A stretch of 64,000 nucleotides of DNA from a virus, in the IMG/VR virus record IMGVR_UViG_3300045988_144476. One strand, given 5' to 3'. The notes below the pieces were generated by a model, which was not told the origin of the DNA, ran no database searches, and saw only the letters and a program-made list of their open reading frames with translations. The translations under genes and the position numbers were made by a program. Below, in pieces: positions 44,778 through 51,652 of the stretch (position 1 is the stretch's first letter; each line of letters begins with the position of its first letter).

Positions 44778-45416
44778 ATGGCAGTAATTAATATGAGCAA
44801 GAATCAGAAGATTAGTATGACAAAGGAAGATGGATCCGCAGTAAAAACTTTCTTTATTGGGGTTAATTGGGAAGAAAATAGATATGCAGGAGAGTCTGAT
44901 ATTGACTTTGATATTAATGGATTCATTACAAATTCTGATAGAAAAGTAATCTTTCCACAAGATGTCATTAATTATGCTACATATGGAAATGGATCTGATT
45001 ATCCTTGGATTGAGTATTCTGGAGATAATAGAACCGGTGATGATGCAGAAGGAATTACATTTAATGGAAAACATTTTGATGAATATTTTATTATTCATGA
45101 TGATACTTTCCCTACTGATCGAACTGATTTTACTATCTGCCTTACAATTTTCAGAGCTATTCAGAGAAAACAGAATTTTGGTATGGTTAGAAATGCTACG
45201 ATGACTATTTGTGATTATGATAATCCGAATGGAGATAAGTATGAGTTTGATCTTTCTGAGGATGAAAATTTTGAAAATCTGAATGCAGTTGAAATGGGTA
45301 GACTGTATAAATACGGAAATGGATTTAAGTTTCAGGCTCTTGGTACCGGTTATATGGGTGGAATGACAGAGCTGTTTAAAAACTTTGGACTTGATATTGA
45401 TGAAGGGAGAGATTAA
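44778..45416 (+). CDS. TerD-family (Ca2+-binding stress) protein
   Basis: GVNW...DIDFD...GDNRTGDDAEG...FGMV...YEFDLSED...GRLYKYGNGFKFQALGTGYMGG aligns along its whole length with the TerD sequences I recall. Confidence 0.85.
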   Translation: MAVINMSKNQKISMTKEDGSAVKTFFIGVNWEENRYAGESDIDFDINGFITNSDRKVIFPQDVINYATYGNGSDYPWIEYSGDNRTGDDAEGITFNGKHFDEYFIIHDDTFPTDRTDFTICLTIFRAIQRKQNFGMVRNATMTICDYDNPNGDKYEFDLSEDENFENLNAVEMGRLYKYGNGFKFQALGTGYMGGMTELFKNFGLDIDEGRD

Positions 45417-45419
45417 TTT

Positions 45420-46166
45420 ATGAATCTTACAGCAGGCGCAGTAATTGTTATTGCAGCGATTGTAATTGTTGGTATTTTAATCTTTTGTACTAAATCAGGA
45501 AAGCGTGTCAGACTTAGAATGTCTGGCACTGCTGATGAAGTAATTTCAAAAGATGCATCTACTCCAGAAGGAGCAAAAGCATATTATAATGTTGCAATCG
45601 AAAAGAAACAGAATGATTATAATACTGCTAATAATCTTTTAAAACAGATTGAAGGTAAAAAGGCAGGATTTGAAGATCAGCTTCATCAGTTGCAGAAAAA
45701 TAGATTTGATTGTGTAGAAAAACTTAATCAATGTATTGATTCAAATAATGATGATGGAGCAAAGCTTTATATTAAAGAGCAGCAGAATATTGATGATAAA
45801 GTAAAAACTTTAAAAGCGGCAATTAAGGATCTTGAGAAAAATGAACAACTTCAGAAAGAAACTGTTGAATCATTAGAAGCAGAGTTAAATGATCTTAAGG
45901 CCGAAAAAGACAATGCTATCTTTACTTTATCAACAGCGCAGGTTACACAGTCTCTTCAGGCAAACCCAGGAACATCTTCTAATGAAGAAGATAAAATGCT
46001 TGAAAAAGTTCGTGATGGGATTCAGAAAAAGAAAGAAGAAGCTGATGGAAATAGAATTATGTATGAGAATTCTACATATGTACAGAAGCAGCGTCTTGAA
46101 AAGAAAATGAAAGATGATGAAGTTGATAGAAAATTACAGGAGCTTAAAGCGAAGAAAGGAAAATAA
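45420..46166 (+). CDS. membrane-anchored coiled-coil protein, PspA/IM30- or TelA-like (uncertain)
   Basis: An N-terminal TM helix is followed by about 200 aa of heptad-rich sequence whose layout resembles PspA. Confidence 0.55.
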   Translation: MNLTAGAVIVIAAIVIVGILIFCTKSGKRVRLRMSGTADEVISKDASTPEGAKAYYNVAIEKKQNDYNTANNLLKQIEGKKAGFEDQLHQLQKNRFDCVEKLNQCIDSNNDDGAKLYIKEQQNIDDKVKTLKAAIKDLEKNEQLQKETVESLEAELNDLKAEKDNAIFTLSTAQVTQSLQANPGTSSNEEDKMLEKVRDGIQKKKEEADGNRIMYENSTYVQKQRLEKKMKDDEVDRKLQELKAKKGK

Positions 46167-46167
46167 T

Positions 46168-46251
46168 ATGATTGTTATTAGAATATGGGTATTTCTTTTG
46201 GTTATGCTTATGGCTTTTGTAGTTGGATTTGTTATAGGGAGGATTGAATAA
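46168..46251 (+). CDS. possible 27-aa single-TM peptide
   Basis: Sequence MIVIRIWVFLLVMLMAFVVGFVIGRIE; its stop codon overlaps the next ATG. Confidence 0.35.
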   Translation: MIVIRIWVFLLVMLMAFVVGFVIGRIE

Positions 46252-46688
46252 TGGTTGATATTAAGAAATTGAAAATTGATGATGTTTTAATTAATAAAAT
46301 TAATAAAGATAAAAAACGTGTAAAGTTTATTGCGTCAAATTATATTATTGTAGAGGATTGCAAAAATGGAAAACCTGCAATTATGCTAAAAGAGTGTTTT
46401 ACATTATATACAAAATGTCAAAAATATATTTGGACGGATTGGGAAGAATGCATGTTGTATTTTAATGATCCGTTTGATCGATGTGGTGATTGTATAACTA
46501 GAATTAAATGTAGAGTACGTAGTAATGGAAAAAGAATTCAGGTTAGATCTGGAGCTTTATCTGCAATAGCTTCTTGCAATGAAGATTGTGGAGACAAATT
46601 TAATTTTGATAAAGGAGTAGAAATAGCAGGTAAGAGATTAATTTTAAAATGGTTATCAAATAGACTTGAAGCAGAAGTAAGAGGATAA
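46251..46688 (+). CDS. hypothetical Cys-rich protein (145 aa)
   Basis: ORF in a co-directional array. Confidence 0.6.
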   Translation: MVDIKKLKIDDVLINKINKDKKRVKFIASNYIIVEDCKNGKPAIMLKECFTLYTKCQKYIWTDWEECMLYFNDPFDRCGDCITRIKCRVRSNGKRIQVRSGALSAIASCNEDCGDKFNFDKGVEIAGKRLILKWLSNRLEAEVRG

Positions 46689-46692
46689 TATT

Positions 46693-47088
46693 ATGAAACC
46701 TATTATTAATCCATGGATCATGTATGTTATTGGGTTAGTCAATAATATAAGTTTTATATTTGCAGTAGTTATATTTTTTTTATTAAGTGCAATAATTATA
46801 GTTGCAGCAACTGGGTTTGTTAAGTTTGTTGAAAATTATGATAATTTTGATGAATTTTTAGAGGATAATCATACTGCGGTTAAATGGTTTAAAAAAGGAT
46901 GTATAAGTTTAATTATCGCAGGAATAGTAATGATTTTGATACCGTCTGAGAAAACATTGTATTCTATGGTCGTTCTTGAGAATGTAACTCCTAACAATAT
47001 TGAAATTGCAGGTAATACAGGAAAAGATGTTATTGATTATTTATTTGATAAAATTGATCAAATGAATGACGAAGAGGAAGATAAATAA
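46693..47088 (+). CDS. membrane protein (131 aa, about 2 TM)
   Basis: Two hydrophobic segments and an acidic C-terminus. Confidence 0.6.
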   Translation: MKPIINPWIMYVIGLVNNISFIFAVVIFFLLSAIIIVAATGFVKFVENYDNFDEFLEDNHTAVKWFKKGCISLIIAGIVMILIPSEKTLYSMVVLENVTPNNIEIAGNTGKDVIDYLFDKIDQMNDEEEDK

Positions 47089-47468
47089 TGCAAAAAGGAT
47101 TTATACGAAAAGAAATTATTCCTATCAGCGAAGTGGAAAACGCTGTAAAAGATGTAATGTTTTGTAAAAATAAGCGAGATTCTTATGTTAATATTCGTGG
47201 AGATATTATTAAGGGAAACAGTCAACGCTTTCAGACATTTTTTACAAAAGGATTAAAATGTTCATGTTGTGGAATAGAGGGAAAATATTTTGCAAAAGAA
47301 AAAGATCCGAATGCAGCAAGATATCATTTAAATTTATATGCCATTGATGATGACGGAGAAGAAGTATTGATGACAAAAGAACATATTATTCCGTTATATA
47401 AAGGCGGGGAAAATGATGTGATCAATTTTCAGACTATGTGTGAAAAATGTAATAAAAGGAATCCATAA
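47088..47468 (+). CDS. HNH endonuclease
   Basis: CSCCG...KEHIIPLYKGGENDVINFQTMCEKCN matches the HNH/Zn motif. Confidence 0.75.
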   Translation: MQKGFIRKEIIPISEVENAVKDVMFCKNKRDSYVNIRGDIIKGNSQRFQTFFTKGLKCSCCGIEGKYFAKEKDPNAARYHLNLYAIDDDGEEVLMTKEHIIPLYKGGENDVINFQTMCEKCNKRNP

Positions 47469-47470
47469 AT

Positions 47471-47484
47471 AATGTTTTAATCAA
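47471..47484 (+). repeat. intergenic motif copy AATGTTTTAATCAA
   Basis: Exact variant after a stop codon and before a promoter. Confidence 0.9.
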
Positions 47485-47499
47485 TATGTGAAAAAAGTG

Positions 47500-47528
47500 T
47501 TGACATTTGAAATGAAGTGTGGTATAAT
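47500..47528 (+). promoter_or_regulatory. sigma70-like promoter
   Basis: TTGACA, 17-nt spacer, TATAAT, with a TGn extended -10. Confidence 0.7.
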
Positions 47529-47546
47529 ACATACATAGTCAAGAGA

Positions 47547-47585
47547 GGGAATGCGGAACTGTGAAAGCAGTTCCACTAAATTCCC
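47547..47585 (+). ncRNA. two-tier GC-rich hairpin in the tRNA-Gln leader
   Basis: Stems gggaat/attccc and ggaactg/cagttcc. Confidence 0.45.
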
Positions 47586-47592
47586 AGTAACT

Positions 47593-47606
47593 AATGATTT
47601 AATCAA
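47593..47606 (+). repeat. intergenic motif copy AATGATTTAATCAA
   Basis: Exact copy between the leader hairpin and the tRNA. Confidence 0.9.
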
Positions 47607-47619
47607 TTAGACACAATAA

Positions 47620-47693
47620 TGGGCATTCGCCAAGCGGTAAGGCTCAGCACTTTGACTGCTGCATTTTCGTTGGTTCGAATCCAACATGCCCAG
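47620..47693 (+). tRNA. tRNA-Gln (anticodon TTG)
   Basis: Manual cloverleaf: acceptor tgggcat/atgccca, D-arm CGCCAAGCGGTAAGGC, anticodon loop cTTTGac, T-arm gttggTTCGAATccaac. No encoded CCA. Confidence 0.85.
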
Positions 47694-47719
47694 CTTATTA
47701 AAAACAAAGGAGAGAAAAA

Positions 47720-48826
47720 ATGAAAGTAGTACAGATTGATGATACATTTAGAATTTATGGTGATGATCTTAAGAGTTTTGATAAGTTACCGGCGCAGACT
47801 TATTCAGTAAGATTCTCAAAGAATTCTGGATGGTATCTTGAAAAACATGCTGATATAGAGATCAAAGAATCTAAAATCTATGGCGTACATATGGAAAAAG
47901 TAAACAAGGTTTTAAATGCTTTTAATGAGTTTAACAAGAATCTTGGAATTATACTTTCCGGAAATAAAGGAATTGGAAAATCATTATTTGCTAAAGAATT
48001 AAGTATTCAGGCAATTGGATACGGAATTCCTGTAATTATTGTTGATACTTATATCCCTGGAATTGCTGATTATCTTGAAAGTATTAGACAAGAAGTAGTA
48101 ATATTGTTTGATGAATTTGATAAAACATTTGGCGGTGTAAAAGCACCAGATGGAATGGCAGATCCTCAAACTGAATTGCTTACATTATTTGATGGTTTGA
48201 GTACAGGTAAGAAGTGTTTTGTAATTACATGTAATAATATGAGGAGCTTAAATGAATTCCTTATAAATAGACCTGGTAGATTTCATTATCATTTTAGATT
48301 TGAATATCCTACAGCTGAAGAGATTACAGAATATCTTCATGATAAACTGAATGAAAAATACTATGATCAGATTGCAGCAGTTATAAGTTTTGCTAATAAA
48401 GTTAATCTGAATTATGATTGCTTAAAAGCGATTGCTTATGAATTAAATCATGGAGATGAATTTAAAGAAGCGATTAAAGATCTAAATATTATCAATGTAA
48501 ATGATATTAACTATGTCGTTACATTATACTTAAAAGATGGAAGACATGCAAATGTAACACGTTCGGTTGATATGTTTGATAAGTCTGGAGAATTTAGTTG
48601 TGATAATTTTTATATTGGAAATACTTATGTAGAAGCATCTTGTAAAATTATGGATGTTACATATGATAAGAAAAGATATGTTGATATTGTCAATGGAGAA
48701 TTTGTTTCGCTTAAACCATCATATTATGATGATGACGATGACAGTAAAAAAGAAGTTGAGAAAATGGAAGCAGATTATATGACTTTTGTTAGAGAAACAG
48801 ATAAGAATATTCATTATATGGTGTAG
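47720..48826 (+). CDS. classical AAA+ ATPase
   Basis: Walker A GNKGIGKS, Walker B ILFDEFD, and the second region of homology NRPGRFHYHF. Confidence 0.8.
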   Translation: MKVVQIDDTFRIYGDDLKSFDKLPAQTYSVRFSKNSGWYLEKHADIEIKESKIYGVHMEKVNKVLNAFNEFNKNLGIILSGNKGIGKSLFAKELSIQAIGYGIPVIIVDTYIPGIADYLESIRQEVVILFDEFDKTFGGVKAPDGMADPQTELLTLFDGLSTGKKCFVITCNNMRSLNEFLINRPGRFHYHFRFEYPTAEEITEYLHDKLNEKYYDQIAAVISFANKVNLNYDCLKAIAYELNHGDEFKEAIKDLNIINVNDINYVVTLYLKDGRHANVTRSVDMFDKSGEFSCDNFYIGNTYVEASCKIMDVTYDKKRYVDIVNGEFVSLKPSYYDDDDDSKKEVEKMEADYMTFVRETDKNIHYMV

Positions 48827-48882
48827 TATAATGTATAATTAATAAAAACAACAATTAAAGTTTATATAAAAGGAGAAAAATT

Positions 48883-49524
48883 ATGACAACAGAAAAAATG
48901 ACAGTACATAAGGCATTGGCTGAGATTAAGGTTATGGATAATCGAATTAATTCTGCAATTTATAGTGGTGTTTATTGTTTAGCAAATAAACATTCCAATG
49001 AAAAAGTAAAGGGAATTGCAGTTGAAGATTATAAAAAGGTAATGCAGGGTTATTATGACAAAACTAATGATTTAATTAAACGTAATGAAGCTATTAAAAA
49101 GGCAGTAGTTCTTTCTAATGCTATAACAAAGGTAAAGATTGGAGAGAATGAATACACTGTAGCTGAAGCAATTTGGATGAAGAATCATGGCATTGATAAT
49201 AAAGATGAGCTTCTTGTAAAATTACAGCAGCAGTACAACAAAGCTCAGGCAGAGATTCTTAAGAATAACGGAGAAGAACTTGATAAGAGAGCTGAACAGT
49301 ATGTAATTGGTATTTATGGTTCAAAAGAAGGAAAGGCTGACACAGAAGCTTTTGAAAAGACTAAAAAGGAATTCATTAAAGCAAATCAGTATGAACTTCT
49401 GGATCCGATTGGAATTCTTAAAGTGATTGAAGATCTTGAAAAAGAGATTGATACATTCAAAGCAGAAGTAGATGCAGCACTTTCTACAAGTAATGCGATC
49501 ACTGAGATCGAAGTAACTTATTAA
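48883..49524 (+). CDS. hypothetical coiled-coil protein (213 aa)
   Basis: RBS aaaggag upstream. Confidence 0.65.
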   Translation: MTTEKMTVHKALAEIKVMDNRINSAIYSGVYCLANKHSNEKVKGIAVEDYKKVMQGYYDKTNDLIKRNEAIKKAVVLSNAITKVKIGENEYTVAEAIWMKNHGIDNKDELLVKLQQQYNKAQAEILKNNGEELDKRAEQYVIGIYGSKEGKADTEAFEKTKKEFIKANQYELLDPIGILKVIEDLEKEIDTFKAEVDAALSTSNAITEIEVTY

Positions 49525-50009
49525 TCTTAATGATTGATAGTTAACTATAAATATTCACTGTTTACTGAAAACTTTAAACTACAACTCATCAGACTTTTTG
49601 CAGATAATAGCCTAATGTAAAATAATAAAGAAAATCTGCTTCTAATAAAACAAAATGGAAAAAGTATACAGTACTTTTTATTGAATAATGGTGCTTACAT
49701 TATTATTAATAAGATGAGTATATGTTTTCAGAATACAAGCATCAGAAATAAACAATATAGGATATCGTAGATACCTGGTTTATAAGAATGCTCGTGGATG
49801 TCTGAGTATACATATAATACGAACTGTAAAGCTTAAAGTTGTAAAGATCAAATAGTAAAACTCAAAATTCAAAGTTTATTTATTAGATCAAAGTTCAAAC
49901 AGTAAATATCAAAGGTAAAAGTTTTATAAAATCCTTGAATTACAGTTTTGTGTATAGTTGTACTTGACACTAAGTATCTGCAAGGCTGGTAAATGGTGAA
50001 TATTCTTAA

Positions 50010-50091
50010 GCGGATATGACGGAATTGGCAGACGTAGGAGACTCAAACTCTCTGGACATAAGTCGTAAGGGTTCAAATCCCTTTATCCGTA
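50010..50091 (+). tRNA. tRNA-Leu (anticodon CAA), type II
   Basis: Acceptor gcggata/tatccgt, 3-bp D-stem, anticodon loop ctCAAac, variable arm gac-ataa-gtc, T-arm aagggTTCAAATccctt. Confidence 0.8.
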
Positions 50092-50425
50092 TCAGGCTGA
50101 TATATTATAAAGTAAATACGCTGAAGGCCAAGGTGTATTGAACATGATAATTAGACCTGAAGGTTATAACCTATAAGCACTTCACGGCTTTGAGCGTGAA
50201 CCGTTAATAAACTAATGATTCGAATAACTGGAATTGTTAAACTGGAGCCTGTTGATTTTGGAGAACACAGTGTATTGGCTGAATGGTTTGGATACACAAA
50301 AACATTTATATAGATGGATCTATCATGACGAGGATGGGTAGAGGCGAGGTAAGCTATATGTGATGTAAGTAGCTGTGTAGTTATGATTGATCAAAATGGA
50401 TTTCTTTCTTAAGTTACTTTCTTAA

Positions 50426-50527
50426 GATTTCTGTAGTGAGGTAAGTGATTAGCTAAATCAGTAGGTGAACGAAGCGGTAAATTGAAAGATATTTATGGCA
50501 TTGTGGTTGTGGGTAGCTACAGAAATC
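50426..50527 (+). ncRNA. structured domain closed by an 11-bp long-range helix, abutting tRNA-Met
   Basis: gatttctgtag (50426-50436) pairs with ctacagaaatc (50517-50527). An inner hairpin is tgatt/aatca. Confidence 0.35.
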
Positions 50528-50531
50528 AAAA

Positions 50532-50605
50532 GGGAACTTAGTTCAGTTGGTTAGAGCAACCGGCTCATAACCGGTAAGTCCTGGGTTCGAATCCCAGAGT
50601 TCCCA
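50532..50605 (+). tRNA. tRNA with CAT anticodon (elongator Met or Ile2)
   Basis: Acceptor gggaact/agttccc, D-arm GTTCAGTTGGTTAGAGC, anticodon loop ctCATaa, T-arm ctgggTTCGAATcccag. Confidence 0.85.
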
Positions 50606-50607
50606 TT

Positions 50608-50640
50608 CTCCTTATTGTAGATAATAAGGAGATTTAATTT
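50608..50640 (+). terminator. hairpin terminator after tRNA-Met
   Basis: 9-bp stem ctccttatt/aataaggag followed by atttaattt. Confidence 0.55.
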
Positions 50641-50672
50641 CCTTTCTTGTGATGTTTTAACGAGTTACAAAG

Positions 50673-50748
50673 TGATATGTAGTTTAACTGGCAAAACAAT
50701 CTGATTAGCGAATCAGATAGATTATTGGTTCGACTCCGATCATATCAC
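50673..50748 (+). tRNA. tRNA-like gene with an aberrant 20-nt anticodon arm (isotype undetermined, possibly a pseudo- or decoy tRNA)
   Basis: Canonical acceptor (tgatatg/catatca), D-arm (gttt/aaac, loop aactggca) and T-arm (attggTTCGACTccgat). The anticodon arm, however, is atctgat-tagcga-atcagat: 7 bp plus a 6-nt loop. An extra G at 50672 can pair with C at 50748, which resembles the His G-1:C73 pair. Confidence 0.45.
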
Positions 50749-51025
50749 ATCAGGAGCTACAATCCTTAAATTATTCTAGATCCAAAACAAATTGGTGTGA
50801 GTAATTTTAAATATGTGTGACTTTCTAAGGCTTAAAGGTTTCAAGAGAAAATCAGCCGTTGCAGTGAGGTCGATAAACTGATGGCGAGTGGGAACCAGAC
50901 CAGTGACATTTTGAGATTGTTTCGAAAGAGAAACGTACTGTTTTAGAGAAAATGTAGGGAATTGAGCGGCTTCAAAGAACACATAATCCTGGTGTACTGC
51001 AGACATTCAGGTAGGATCCTTAAGG

Positions 51026-51112
51026 TGGCATGTAAGCTTTTACAAAAGATATAGTATCTGTAAGAGATGGTCTTGAGTTTAAAAACTGTCGGTTCGATTC
51101 CGGCCATGTCAA
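51026..51112 (+). ncRNA. 87-nt tRNA-like element (type II-like) with non-canonical D and anticodon arms
   Basis: Acceptor tggcatg/catgtca with a G3:U70 wobble, T-arm gtcggTTCGATTccggc, and variable-arm hairpin agtt-taaa-aact. The D region lacks GG, and the best anticodon stem leaves a 5-nt loop. Confidence 0.3.
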
Positions 51113-51157
51113 TTTGCAATGGAAACATTGTAAAATAATATTAAAGGAGAAAGTTAA

Positions 51158-51532
51158 ATGATAGCAAATGTATTAGCAGAATTAAGAACTGGTGATATTG
51201 TTCTTTCTACAAAGGGCAGTTATGGAATGGTTCTTAGAGGAACTCCAAGTGGAGATATTGTTAAATGGTATGTAAATAGTAAAGGAAAGTGTATTGATAA
51301 ATTCAGAAGCTTGAATATGATCAATTCTGATTTTACTTTTAGATTTGATGAAGAAAACAGAATTGTAAAAGTTTGGAGAACAAAAGATAAACATTATCTT
51401 GGTGATAAAGCAGTTACAAAATATACTGTTGCAGATAGTTTTGAACTTATCTATGAAGATAAAGTAAAAGAAGTAACAATGGATGAAGTTGAAGAAAAGT
51501 TTGGCTGTAAAGTCAAAATTAAAAATAGTTAA
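51158..51532 (+). CDS. hypothetical protein (124 aa)
   Basis: RBS aaaggag upstream. Confidence 0.6.
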   Translation: MIANVLAELRTGDIVLSTKGSYGMVLRGTPSGDIVKWYVNSKGKCIDKFRSLNMINSDFTFRFDEENRIVKVWRTKDKHYLGDKAVTKYTVADSFELIYEDKVKEVTMDEVEEKFGCKVKIKNS

Positions 51533-51536
51533 AACT

Positions 51537-51550
51537 AATGAATTAATCAA
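51537..51550 (+). repeat. intergenic motif copy, variant (AATGAATTAATCAA)
   Basis: Lies after a stop codon. Confidence 0.8.
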
Positions 51551-51652
51551 ATACATGAGAAAAGAGAAATAATTATTGAAGCACTGTAACATAGCAGTGC
51601 AAAGTTGTCAGAGTGACAAACATTATTCTGCTTCGGAAAGTGAGGTGGAATA

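Noticed and set aside
50750-51112. A tmRNA (SsrA-like) spanning the 360-nt ORF-free stretch and ending in the T-arm/acceptor at 51088-51112.
   Set aside because: The only good 5' acceptor partner (tggcatg) lies just 80 nt upstream. The distal candidate tggtgtg would need three wobble pairs, and tgacatt leaves a mismatch. I could not identify a tag reading frame or pseudoknots.
51026-51112. tRNA-Sec, suggested by the long variable arm and a short 4-nt D-loop.
   Set aside because: There is no TCA anticodon, the acceptor stem is 7 bp rather than 8 bp, and the D-stem is only about 4 bp.
51088-51112. The T-arm and acceptor fragment as the attP core for tRNA-targeted integration.
   Set aside because: It lies 19 kb from the integrase, and a matching 5' acceptor strand and variable arm are present, so it looks like a complete RNA gene rather than a 3' fragment. 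This cannot be excluded without the host attB.
50776-51128. Minus-strand ORFs 50776-51006 and 50943-51128 inside the tRNA island.
   Set aside because: They have no RBS, lie antisense to the tRNA-like element, and are isolated on the opposite strand in a genome that is otherwise strictly unidirectional.
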